Positions 21,413 to 30,748 of a stretch of 64,000 nucleotides of DNA are shown here, one piece after another (position 1 is the stretch's first letter; each line of letters opens with the position of its first letter). The position numbers were made by a program, and so were the translations under genes. Under the pieces are notes generated by a model. That model saw only the letters and a list, made by a program, of their open reading frames with translations, searched no databases and had not been told where the DNA came from. This stretch comes from Candidatus Altimarinota bacterium (lineage in GTDB: Bacteria > Patescibacteriota > Gracilibacteria > UBA4473). The stretch spans positions 32,001 to 96,000 of the forward strand of contig OZ246423.1 of NCBI GenBank assembly GCA_965231215.1, in the 5' to 3' direction.

Positions 21413-21583
21413 AACTAATACCCAATATCAAGAGGCTTTGTGCCATCTCTCGCCGTGATAAGGCCTGCATTACACAACACAAACTTGTACAAGTAGCACA
21501 CTCAGTCTGACCGGTAAAGAGCGTTTCTTTAGGTTTTATAAAGCAATTAAATAACCTTTTCTATTATTAGAAAATCAACTTAT

Positions 21584-22240
21584 CTATTGAGGGATCAACA
21601 TCACACTTCCACTAATCCGCTGATCAAAAGATTGACCCGTATTAGTATCAAAAAAAGTGGGGCCTTGACCCAAGTTCCATGTAATTAATTTACCAGCAGA
21701 TTTATCATAAATAGATCGCCATTCATAGTTAATCCAACAGGAGCCAGGCTCGTCCCCTTTCCAGGCTGGTTGGCCCACTTTAAGTGTGTAAATTTCTTTA
21801 TTTTTTTTAATCGGATCTAACCCCTCAAGCCAGCAATCTTCACCAAATTTTTGGTCAATGACCTCTTCGAGTTGTGCCATGTCTATATTTTCCTGAACGA
21901 CGAAATGAAAGGTTTTGTCCCTAACTATTTCAAAAATATTTACATCATCTTTAATCCTTAAATACGGTTCCATATTAGTTTCTGGCCAGTGTAGAACAAC
22001 CAGTGGACCAAAATCACTCACTCGTAATTCTCCCCCCATTACGGTTTTAGGAAACTCAAAAGCGATCCCTAAACGATTATTAACATAGGCACTCCAGATT
22101 TCATCTTGAGGTTCAGTATTAGAGGCTTGACGCTCTGTTTGTCTTTCAGATTCATCTCCCTCTTTTTCAATATCAATGCCTGAATTCACACTCCCACAAC
22201 CAACCAAAACAAAGATCAGAAGCAGTAATAATTTTTGCAT
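21584..22240 (-). CDS. Hypothetical lipoprotein
   Basis: Lipobox LVGC and W..Y.N..LG..FEFP pattern. Confidence 0.7.
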   Translation of the reverse strand: MQKLLLLLIFVLVGCGSVNSGIDIEKEGDESERQTERQASNTEPQDEIWSAYVNNRLGIAFEFPKTVMGGELRVSDFGPLVVLHWPETNMEPYLRIKDDVNIFEIVRDKTFHFVVQENIDMAQLEEVIDQKFGEDCWLEGLDPIKKNKEIYTLKVGQPAWKGDEPGSCWINYEWRSIYDKSAGKLITWNLGQGPTFFDTNTGQSFDQRISGSVMLIPQ

Positions 22241-22252
22241 CCAAAAATATAT

Positions 22253-23470
22253 CTATTGAGTCAGTTTCCCAATATCCAACAGCGGTATCCCGCTATCTGG
22301 TAGCACACCCCATTTAATTTGCGGAGACATTTTCTCTACAAATTGAAGCTGAATTACCTCTGGACTATCGGCTAAAGCCTCTCCTTTTAGGCGAATAGAC
22401 TCAGCTTCAGCTTCGGCTTCAATAATGGTTTTTTCTTTTCGGATTTCAGCTTCTTGTTTTTCAAACTCAGCTTTTTCAATTTTTTGCTGAGCGATTTGTT
22501 TTTCCTCAATCGCACTCAGATAGGACTGACTAAACCCAATATGTCGAATCAAAACATCCCCCAAAACAATATTTTTATTGCCAAAGTTTTGCTCTAATGT
22601 CGTTTCAATTTCTTGTTCCATTTTTTGTCGAGTGGCTTCGTTATACAATTCTTTAGAGGTAAATCCTGTTACTTTTTCACGGGTAATAGATCGCGCCGCA
22701 GGTCGTACAACTTTGTCTACATATCCAAGACCAATGGATTTATAAATCACACTCGCACTATCACCATCTATTTGAAATTGCACGGTAAGATCAACCGTCA
22801 CTCTTTGACCATCTTTTGTCAGAGCATCAATAGAATTGTTTCGACCTCCCTGTTGTATAGCGTACTGACGAATGGCCGATTCACTACTATTAACCAAGCT
22901 TTGAAGCTGGAGCGTTTTAGTGTTATTTACCATGTCGGCTTCACTCAAATGAGTAGACATCGTGTAAGTTTGCAGACGTGTATTCATCATAATCACACTC
23001 TGCCAAAAAGGAATTTTTAGGTGAATCCCTTCATCTAGTTCTTGTTCTATCACCCCTCTTCCCCTATCAAATAGAACCCCTACATGTCCAGCTGGAACAT
23101 TTACAAAACCATCCATAATAACCAGTATTATAGCGGTAACTAAAACAAATATTGGAAGTAGTTTAGTGGTGAAAAAGTGTTTCATAGGGATAGGGGGTAA
23201 AGAAAAATTTTGAGGTTTTTGTTTAGCTCCAAAGACTGAAGCTTTCTTCTTTTCAACATTAATAACATTGGAACTAGTGTCAAACAAGGCGTTAAAGAGC
23301 CCTTCTAGATCTTCATTTCTAAAGGCTTTCAAAACCCCCTGCAAATATTTTGGATTTTTAAATAGATAAAACCCAAATCCCAATACCACAAAAATAAAAA
23401 AGTTTTGAGTAAAAGCCATCACAAGAATGACAAGCAGAATAACAGGTGCCCAGAACTGTATTTTTTTCAT
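22253..23470 (-). CDS. SPFH/prohibitin (band 7) membrane protein
   Basis: VPAGHVGV, GIHLKIPF, LTKDGQ and AIEEKQIAQQ motifs, with an extra N-terminal TM region. Confidence 0.88.
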   Translation of the reverse strand: MKKIQFWAPVILLVILVMAFTQNFFIFVVLGFGFYLFKNPKYLQGVLKAFRNEDLEGLFNALFDTSSNVINVEKKKASVFGAKQKPQNFSLPPIPMKHFFTTKLLPIFVLVTAIILVIMDGFVNVPAGHVGVLFDRGRGVIEQELDEGIHLKIPFWQSVIMMNTRLQTYTMSTHLSEADMVNNTKTLQLQSLVNSSESAIRQYAIQQGGRNNSIDALTKDGQRVTVDLTVQFQIDGDSASVIYKSIGLGYVDKVVRPAARSITREKVTGFTSKELYNEATRQKMEQEIETTLEQNFGNKNIVLGDVLIRHIGFSQSYLSAIEEKQIAQQKIEKAEFEKQEAEIRKEKTIIEAEAEAESIRLKGEALADSPEVIQLQFVEKMSPQIKWGVLPDSGIPLLDIGKLTQ

Positions 23471-23572
23471 GTCTTAAAAAATAGGGAAAATAAATTTTTT
23501 GTCACACCAACTTTACAGCCGCATTCTAAAAACTTTCAAGAAAAATTAAAAGAAACCATTCAATTTTAAAAA

Positions 23573-26110
23573 TTACTGAAACTCCAATCCTCCTTTACCC
23601 GCTTTAACTTCAATCTTTTTAGCCGACAATGTGGCCTCTAACAATTTTAGAGCGAGTGGGTTCAGTAGTTCTCTTTCAATCGCACGTTTGAGTGGACGAG
23701 CGCCAAAGGCTGGATCAAAGCCCTCTGTAACCAAGTATTCCTTAGCTGATTTATCAAAGGTGATTGTTATATCTTGATTTTCTTTGAGACGAGCCATGAC
23801 TTGATTGAGCTGAAGTTCTAAAATTTCTTGAATGTGTTTTTTACCCAACGCATGAAACCCAATTATTTCATCTAACCGGTTCAAAAACTCTGGACGAAAA
23901 AATGAAGTAAGCTCCTCGCGCATTTTTTTCTCCGGGGGCAAAGCTTCACCGGTGAACATTTCGGCCAAAAGGTTTGAGGTAAAAATAATGATTGTATTTT
24001 TGAAGTTTACTTTTCGCCCTTTGCTATCGGTTACATGACCATCATCCAAAATTTGTAAGAAAATATTAAAGACATCTCTATGAGCCTTTTCTATTTCATC
24101 AAAAAGCAAAACTGAATACGGACGACGACGAACTTTGTCTGTGAGTTGCCCTCCTTCATCATGTCCAATATATCCTGGAGGCGCTCCAATGAGTTTAGCC
24201 ACGGAGTGAGATTCCATGTACTCAGACATATCAAACCGTAGCATAGCCTCTTCTGAATCAAATAAAATTTCGGATACACTTTTAGCCATCTCCGTCTTGC
24301 CTACGCCGGTCGGCCCCAAAAACAGGAACGAACCAATAGGTCTGTTTTCTGCCGCTAATCCGGCTCTATTTCTACGGATAGCATTAGATACAGCACTAAT
24401 GGCTTTTTCTTGTCCTATCAATCTTTGTCCTAAACTTTGCTCTAGATGTCCCAAGCGTTCTGATTCTTTTTCCGTTAGTTTAGTCGCAGGAATACCGGTC
24501 CACTTGGCAATAATTTCAGCAATGTCATTCTCGGTGATTTCTTCACGAAGGAGTTTATGTTCGCCTTTAGAGTGAAGAGATTCTAAAGCCGTTTCAAGGT
24601 TTGGGATTTCACCATGACGCAGCTCTGCAGCTCGGGCAAAATTAGCATTTTTCTCAGCCGTTTCAGCTTCAAATTTAAGGACATCTAGACGCTCTTTGAT
24701 CTCAGAAATTTTATCAACAGATTCTTTTTCTAATCGCCATTCAGCCTCAAATTTTTTAAGGTCTTCTTTAAGATCAGCAATCTGTTTCTCTACTTCATTG
24801 AGTCGTTCCGGTTTAGTATTTTCTTTTTTGAGGGCGGCCTTTTCAATCTCTAAAGTAAGCACTTGTTTTTTGAGATCGGCAATTGATTCTGGCTCTGATT
24901 CTATTTCCAGTTTCAGTTTACTCATAGACTCATCAATCAGATCAATCGCTTTATCTGGCAACTTTCTATCTGGGAGATACCGCATCGATAAATTCACCGC
25001 CGCGATTAAAGCATCATCGGTAATGCGTACTCCATGATGAAGCTCATATTTTTCACGAATTCCGCGTAAGATGGCTAGGGCTTCTTCAAAGTTGGGTTCT
25101 TCTACTGGAACCGGTTGAAACCTCCGTTCAAGCGCCGCGTCTTTTTCAATATATTTTCGGTATTCATTTAGAGTTGTAGCTCCAACGCAGTGTAAAGCGC
25201 CTCGAGCAAGGGCTGGTTTCAAGATATTACCAGCATCCATAGCTCCTTCAGCGCTTCCGGCTCCAACGATAGTATGGAGTTCATCTATAAAAAGAATAAT
25301 TTTTCCTTCGGCTTTTTCGATCGCTTTGAGAACATTCTTTAATCGATCTTCAAACTCCCCTCGATACTTGGCTCCGGCTACCATTGACGCTAAGTCTAAG
25401 GAAAGCACTCTTTTCTTTTTGAGTGATTCTGGTACTTCTCCCTGAAAAATTTTCACAGCTAAGCCTTCAGCAATAGCGGTTTTACCGACTCCAGGATCTC
25501 CGACCAGGCACGGGTTATTTTTGGTTCGACGAGATAAAATCTGAATCGTTCGACGGATTTCTTCGTCCCGTCCAATAATAGGATCAATTTTTCCTTTCTC
25601 GGCTAAGGCGGTGTAATCAATACAGTATTTTTCAAGCGCTTTGAGTTTTTCATGGCCGTCCGAAGAATCTATTTTTTCTCCCTGACGAAGATCTTCAATA
25701 GTTTTCTTCAAATCTTTTTGATTTATACCGGCCGCTTGTAACACAGCCTTAGCGGTAGAATTCACATCAAATACTGCCAGCAAAATATGATCAATTGCTA
25801 AGTATTCATCTTTAAATTTAGTCTGCCATCTTTCGGCCCCTCTTATAGTTTGGCTAAAATCAGATGAAGGCTGACGAACGCCCCCTTCTACTTTGGCTAA
25901 ATTTTGAACTTTTTGAGCAATTTCTGATTTGATGTTATTTGAATCAACTCCAAGTTTGGCCAGGATTTGATGTACAAACGAATTTTCATCACTCAACACA
26001 GCCAGTAACCAGTGCTCTACTTCAATATTAGCAGCCCCAAAATCGTCTGCTAGTTTTTGAGTATTAACGATACTTTCTGCGGCAGCCGTAGTCCATTTAT
26101 CAAAGTTCAT
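23573..26110 (-). CDS. clpB: ATP-dependent chaperone ClpB
   Basis: Two AAA+ modules ([16 protein letters not shown]), Clp N-domain and coiled-coil M domain. Confidence 0.95.
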   Translation of the reverse strand: MNFDKWTTAAAESIVNTQKLADDFGAANIEVEHWLLAVLSDENSFVHQILAKLGVDSNNIKSEIAQKVQNLAKVEGGVRQPSSDFSQTIRGAERWQTKFKDEYLAIDHILLAVFDVNSTAKAVLQAAGINQKDLKKTIEDLRQGEKIDSSDGHEKLKALEKYCIDYTALAEKGKIDPIIGRDEEIRRTIQILSRRTKNNPCLVGDPGVGKTAIAEGLAVKIFQGEVPESLKKKRVLSLDLASMVAGAKYRGEFEDRLKNVLKAIEKAEGKIILFIDELHTIVGAGSAEGAMDAGNILKPALARGALHCVGATTLNEYRKYIEKDAALERRFQPVPVEEPNFEEALAILRGIREKYELHHGVRITDDALIAAVNLSMRYLPDRKLPDKAIDLIDESMSKLKLEIESEPESIADLKKQVLTLEIEKAALKKENTKPERLNEVEKQIADLKEDLKKFEAEWRLEKESVDKISEIKERLDVLKFEAETAEKNANFARAAELRHGEIPNLETALESLHSKGEHKLLREEITENDIAEIIAKWTGIPATKLTEKESERLGHLEQSLGQRLIGQEKAISAVSNAIRRNRAGLAAENRPIGSFLFLGPTGVGKTEMAKSVSEILFDSEEAMLRFDMSEYMESHSVAKLIGAPPGYIGHDEGGQLTDKVRRRPYSVLLFDEIEKAHRDVFNIFLQILDDGHVTDSKGRKVNFKNTIIIFTSNLLAEMFTGEALPPEKKMREELTSFFRPEFLNRLDEIIGFHALGKKHIQEILELQLNQVMARLKENQDITITFDKSAKEYLVTEGFDPAFGARPLKRAIERELLNPLALKLLEATLSAKKIEVKAGKGGLEFQ

Positions 26111-26121
26111 CTTAAAGAAAT

Positions 26122-26373
26122 TTATTTATATTGAGCTAAAAAAACATTTCCCTCCTTAGTGAATGGTCTATCTCTTAATGCATTTTCTTTTAAGTGACGG
26201 ATTTCAGAAGCCCTCTTTTTTGGATTATTAACAAACAAAAGCTTAATATTATTTTTCGAAAAAGGATTCTCGACTTCCATATGACCAAAGTTAAAAATGA
26301 AACCCCAAAAAGTCTGCCTAATCTCAAAACTTTCGACGAAATCTGCATGCACAACTGGCTTAGTAAATACCAT
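26122..26373 (-). CDS. Small bacterial PH-domain-like protein co-transcribed with clpB
   Basis: [15 protein letters not shown]...L.FV.NP pattern. First ORF after the CIRCE promoter. Confidence 0.55.
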   Translation of the reverse strand: MVFTKPVVHADFVESFEIRQTFWGFIFNFGHMEVENPFSKNNIKLLFVNNPKKRASEIRHLKENALRDRPFTKEGNVFLAQYK

Positions 26374-26388
26374 GTTAATTTTTCATTT

Positions 26389-26415
26389 TTAGCAGTCTTA
26401 TTATATGAGTGCTAA
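26389..26415. promoter_or_regulatory. CIRCE element (HrcA operator)
   Basis: TTAGCAgTC-N9-GAGTGCTAA, one mismatch from consensus, upstream of clpB. Confidence 0.9.
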
Positions 26416-26428
26416 ATTATTTTGTCAA
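26400..26428 (-). promoter_or_regulatory. Consensus sigma-70 promoter of the clpB operon
   Basis: Minus-strand TTGACA-N17-TATAAT, with the -10 inside the CIRCE spacer. Confidence 0.85.
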
Positions 26429-26497
26429 AATTAGTCATTCATAAATTTTTAATTTTGAGTCTACATAGATAGAATGTTAATAGAATAAAAAACAAAC

Positions 26498-27586
26498 ATG
26501 CCACCAGCTAAACCTTACATGTCATCGGGAGCCGTACACAGCATCTTCCTCTTTGGAGTGATTGGGATTTTATTAATTTTGACCTTCCTTCTGCTCTCCC
26601 CTTTTCTGACTACCGTTTTTATGGCCGCCATTGTGGCAACTGGAGTCATGCCATTAGTAGATTTTTTAATAGAAAAACGAAAGTGGAATAGGATAGTAGC
26701 CGTTCTAGGGAGTTTTGTAGGAATTATTTTACTCATTTTGGTTCCTGTAACACTACTCGTAGCCTCTTTAGTGGGAGAATCTCTAGTTGTTTCACAAAAA
26801 TTGTTGCAAATGTCGACTGGCTTCCAGGGAAAATTTGAAGCCTTCTTAATGCAGAACGAACTTATTCAAAAAAGATTTCCATTTATCATAGACAAAATAA
26901 ATTTTGAAAATTTTGCTATCGTTACCGGTGATGTAGCGGGAAAACTCAGTGGAACGCTTATTAAATCCGTAGCCGGACTTATTAAGCATATTTCTATTAT
27001 TGTATTACATGCCGTCATATTTTTATTCGCCCTTTGTTATTTCCTCCTCGATGGGAAAAAAATTGTAAAATATATAAAAAAACTGCTTCCCCTTTCCACA
27101 AATCAAAAAACAGAACTTTTCAGAAAAATAAAAGACCTTATGCATGCCATTATTTTTGGGATGTTTGGAGCGGCATTAGCCCAAGGTATAGTATTGGGAA
27201 TAGGGCTAGCCATAGCCGGCATTGAGAATGCTATCTTCTGGGCAGCCGTAGCCACACTACTCGCCCCTATCCCCTATATTGGAATTGGAATTGTGTGGAT
27301 TCCAACTGTCGCCTGGTTATTTATGAATGGAACTTACGGAACCGCTATTTTCTTACTCGCCTGGTGTCTTATTTTTGTAGTCAATATCGATAATATTGTG
27401 AAGCCCCTTATCATTGGGTCACGAAGTATGCTCCATCCATTTGCAATCATGCTGGTAATTTTTGGAGGGATTCTGTCTTTTGGATTTAAAGGACTCATTT
27501 TTGGTCCGCTTATTCTAACTCTACTATTTGCCTTCCTTCATATATACGAATTGGAATACGTGGATAAAAAAGCTCCAAAAATATAA
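26498..27586 (+). CDS. AI-2E family transporter (PerM/YdiK-like)
   Basis: YFLLDGKKI, IPYIG, DNIVKPLIIG and GLIFGP motifs. Confidence 0.9.
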   Translation: MPPAKPYMSSGAVHSIFLFGVIGILLILTFLLLSPFLTTVFMAAIVATGVMPLVDFLIEKRKWNRIVAVLGSFVGIILLILVPVTLLVASLVGESLVVSQKLLQMSTGFQGKFEAFLMQNELIQKRFPFIIDKINFENFAIVTGDVAGKLSGTLIKSVAGLIKHISIIVLHAVIFLFALCYFLLDGKKIVKYIKKLLPLSTNQKTELFRKIKDLMHAIIFGMFGAALAQGIVLGIGLAIAGIENAIFWAAVATLLAPIPYIGIGIVWIPTVAWLFMNGTYGTAIFLLAWCLIFVVNIDNIVKPLIIGSRSMLHPFAIMLVIFGGILSFGFKGLIFGPLILTLLFAFLHIYELEYVDKKAPKI

Positions 27587-27660
27587 TCTCAAGCCTCTTA
27601 TTTTCCCTTCATCAAATTAGGAGGTTAAACCAATTCAACTTTTGGTTAGCACAGAAAATA

Positions 27661-28542
27661 CTAAGAGTCCAAAGTATAGAGTTTACCTTTAAATCCCTTA
27701 GACTGCCAAATTTGGCCCTGAGGACTCACTAACAGAGCTTCTAAATCATCTGTTTTTTTGGTAAAAGCCTGAGCTTCTTCAAACCCCATAACAAAAAGGG
27801 CGGTACTCATAGCATCACAAAAAGCCCCAGAGTGATTCGATTGGACATAGACTGATTTCATTCGATCAGCCGGCTTTTGGTTTTTGATGTCTATAAGGTG
27901 ATGAAACTGTCTCCAAGCTCTACGACTAGGAGAAGAACTACAGGCAAAAAAATTATCAAGCACTGTTTCGCCTATAACTTTTTCATTCGTACGAGGATCT
28001 TCAAAATAAATTTTCCAAGGCCCAGTTGCATCTTCACCTTTAGCATAGATATCGCCGCCTCCATTAATGAAGTAATTTTTCACCCCAGCCTCATGCAATA
28101 TTGTTCGGGTCTGATCTAAAAAATAACCTTTCCCAAAACAACCAAAATCTATAGGGGCACTAATCTTAACCTCACAACTCTCTGGATGTAGTGCTATATC
28201 GCCTAAAGCTCCAAAGTCCTTCTTAGGCCTAAGACTATAATGTTCATCATAACCCCAAGCATCTAAAGTAGACTTAACGGTGCAGTCTATAATTCCACCT
28301 GTCTGAATTTTAAAATTTTGCGCCATTTGGCAGAGTTCAAAAAACTCAGGATCAATATGAGTCCAGGTATCTAAATTTTGATTTAGCTGTGAGAGTTTTG
28401 AAGTTGCAATAAACCGAGAATAATCCTGTTCAATACGATCGGCCTCCCTAAACACTAGGTCTAACATCGCTTTTGACTCAGCTTCAAATCTTACATAAAT
28501 CTGAGTCCCCAAATATTCGGCTTGATGGAAAAAATAAGGCAT
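27661..28542 (-). CDS. apbE: FAD:protein FMN transferase
   Basis: SRF..S.LS.LN, IDFGCFGKGY, NGGGDI, HHLID and DAMSTALFV motifs. No signal peptide is visible. Confidence 0.85.
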   Translation of the reverse strand: MPYFFHQAEYLGTQIYVRFEAESKAMLDLVFREADRIEQDYSRFIATSKLSQLNQNLDTWTHIDPEFFELCQMAQNFKIQTGGIIDCTVKSTLDAWGYDEHYSLRPKKDFGALGDIALHPESCEVKISAPIDFGCFGKGYFLDQTRTILHEAGVKNYFINGGGDIYAKGEDATGPWKIYFEDPRTNEKVIGETVLDNFFACSSSPSRRAWRQFHHLIDIKNQKPADRMKSVYVQSNHSGAFCDAMSTALFVMGFEEAQAFTKKTDDLEALLVSPQGQIWQSKGFKGKLYTLDS

Positions 28543-28654
28543 AGCTATTCCTTTTCCCTAAAAACTCTCCAAATCAGTTCAGGCCCCCATTCCACTCCGG
28601 CCTCATAAGGAACTATTAGTAAAAGGGGGAAACTTTTTGATCTCATAGTAATAT

Positions 28655-29131
28655 TTAAGCTTCAACCCTAAGTTGAGATAGAGCGTCATTAAATCCAGTT
28701 GAAGTTAGGGAAGATCCATTGACCACACTTGGGAGGTCTTGTATTTCTGAAATATTTTTCCCAATAACAAAATCACCGGCTTTCCCTTCATAAAGTACTT
28801 GGTACTCTCGACTCGTTTTATGCTGAGGATTACCCTGGAGGCTAAAGGCACTAATAACGCCCTCTTGAACTGTAAAACTAACCGTCATTTCAGTCTCTCC
28901 TTTTGGAGTGCCATAATTCGTAGCATAGGAAAATGTGCCAGAAACTCCGGTTGATTCTGTTGTAACTTCCACAGGAGGTTCTTGACTGACAGGTAATTCA
29001 GTTTCTTCAGTTGCAGTAGTTTCTGTTTCTCCTGTTGTTGAAGATGGAGTTGGTAGTGTTGTTCCCTCTTTATCACAACCAGCCACCACTAAAAGCCCTA
29101 CAAACAGAAGCCAGTTTCGTGTTTTTCTCAT
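28655..29131 (-). CDS. FMN-binding-domain lipoprotein (likely ApbE substrate)
   Basis: Lipobox VAGC, Thr/Glu linker and C-terminal VNGSSLTS.GF..AL resembling the [S/T]GA[S/T] flavinylation motif. Adjacent to apbE. Confidence 0.7.
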   Translation of the reverse strand: MRKTRNWLLFVGLLVVAGCDKEGTTLPTPSSTTGETETTATEETELPVSQEPPVEVTTESTGVSGTFSYATNYGTPKGETEMTVSFTVQEGVISAFSLQGNPQHKTSREYQVLYEGKAGDFVIGKNISEIQDLPSVVNGSSLTSTGFNDALSQLRVEA

Positions 29132-29228
29132 TGATTAAAATATAAAAATTTCAACCCGCATACTAGATGAACCTAGGCTAAAAGTAAAACGAAAACTTGC
29201 TCCAAAAACAATGACCGCTAAAATCTCT

Positions 29229-29342
29229 TGGCGCTCTTAACCAAATTCAAAGCCGAGAACATAAGCGCACTTTTAATCTGGAAGGCAAGCGTTCATAGAG
29301 CCAGGTAATACCTGGACAGAGTAAAGGCCTATGATGCGCCAA
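29229..29342 (+). ncRNA. Candidate structured ncRNA of unknown class
   Basis: The ends pair (ttggcgc/gcgccaa), with internal ccaggt-aat-acctgg and catag/ctatg stems. It begins just after a TTGCTC-N16-TAAAAT promoter. Confidence 0.45.
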
Positions 29343-29356
29343 ATCAATAACTACAA

Positions 29357-29441
29357 GCCCAGGTGGCGGAACTGGTAGACGCGCACGACTCAAAATCGTG
29401 TTCCGCAAGGAGTGAGGGTTCGATTCCCTCCCTGGGCACCA
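29357..29441 (+). tRNA. tRNA-Leu (CAA)
   Basis: gcccaggtggcggaactggtagacgcgcacga-ct-CAA-aa-tcgtg, long variable arm, gttcgatt and encoded CCA. Confidence 0.95.
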
Positions 29442-29534
29442 TCACCAATACAATCCTCCTTTATGAAGGTTTTTATTTGTGATTTTTTCACGACAGTGAA
29501 AACAAGCAAGGCAAGTATTCCCCCCTAAAATACC

Positions 29535-30623
29535 TTATTTTTTTTCTATTTTTGGTTGTGCTTTTTTAGTCTCTACTGTTTGAGCTTCAGATTTTGGTGG
29601 ATTAGCCGCATAAGCTAGGTTCTCAGGTTTCAAATCTTCAGCTGAATATCCGGCATAAGCTGGGTTAAAATCTGGTTTAACATTAGCAGCTTCAAGCAAG
29701 TTTCGATCATACGGATCAAGAGAGAGCGTTCTGATAGGGAATGGAATAGTAATTCCCGCATCATCAAACCCTTGTTTGATGTATTGAATTACTTCTGACT
29801 GGATACTCCACCATCTTACGGTTGATTCAATCCAGAACCGCACCTCGATCAAAATAGCTGAATCACCAAACTCTAAGGTCAAAGCCTCTGGATGAGGTTC
29901 TGGCACAACTTGAGGATGTTTTTTGACAGCGGCTAAGGCCGTTTCAATAGCATAAGGCAAAGGCGTTGAGTAATGCACTCCCACTTGGACTGAAATACGA
30001 CGGAAACTATTGGCCGTAAGGTTTTGTACCACTTCGGTTAGCATATCCGCATTAGGGATAATCAAACTTGTACCATCAAAGGCTTGAACTTCAGTTACCC
30101 GCATTTCCATATTGGTAATACGGCCAAGCTTTCCGTTTATATTAATAATATCATCAATCTTAAACTTCTTTTGGGTCAAGATTACCATTCCCCCAATAAT
30201 ATTGGCGAGAAGGTCTCTAAAAGCAAAACCCAGTCCCAAAGAAAGGGGCCCCATAACCCAGGTCAGGTCAATTCCTACAATACTAAAAGCAATAACGCCT
30301 CCTAAAATAATAATCGTAAAGAAAACCGCCCGTTCGATAAGCAGAATTACCTCTTTATGCATTTCGTACTTTCGACGTTTCATAATACGCCCGGCCACAA
30401 TTTTAGCGGCAAAGAAAGCAATAAAGATAAAGATCAAAAAGAGAAAAATAGCAATCCCCCATTTCACAATCTCACCCCAAACTCCAAATCCACTAAGCCA
30501 ACCATCATCATTATTGTTGTTATTGGCTAGTACGGTCCCTAGCGGCAAAAAAACCGCTCCCAAAGCCAGGTTTAACTGTACTCTAAGCCATTTAATTTGG
30601 GTTTGAAGGGTATTTTTCAACAT
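29535..30623 (-). CDS. Small-conductance mechanosensitive channel (MscS family)
   Basis: LGLGFAFRDLLANIIGG, IIPNA, F.DSAI and GITIPFP motifs. Confidence 0.9.
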   Translation of the reverse strand: MLKNTLQTQIKWLRVQLNLALGAVFLPLGTVLANNNNNDDGWLSGFGVWGEIVKWGIAIFLFLIFIFIAFFAAKIVAGRIMKRRKYEMHKEVILLIERAVFFTIIILGGVIAFSIVGIDLTWVMGPLSLGLGFAFRDLLANIIGGMVILTQKKFKIDDIININGKLGRITNMEMRVTEVQAFDGTSLIIPNADMLTEVVQNLTANSFRRISVQVGVHYSTPLPYAIETALAAVKKHPQVVPEPHPEALTLEFGDSAILIEVRFWIESTVRWWSIQSEVIQYIKQGFDDAGITIPFPIRTLSLDPYDRNLLEAANVKPDFNPAYAGYSAEDLKPENLAYAANPPKSEAQTVETKKAQPKIEKK

Positions 30624-30748
30624 TAAAATTCGAAAAAAATCCCCTAATTATACCAAAAAATAAAGGGCTTTACAATACTTAGTTAGCCAAAAAGTCTTAA
30701 AAACGAGAAGCACGAACAAAGCAAAAACCCACAGTTTTCCAAGTATCT

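Noticed and set aside
29229-29342. 5S rRNA or SRP RNA identity for the candidate ncRNA
   Set aside because: It lacks the 5S CCGAAC loop context and the SRP CAGG-GNRA-AGCAG domain IV arrangement, so it is left unassigned.
11648-29441. Integrated element at tRNA-Pro or tRNA-Leu
   Set aside because: No integrase and no duplicated tRNA 3' end (att site) were found in the window.
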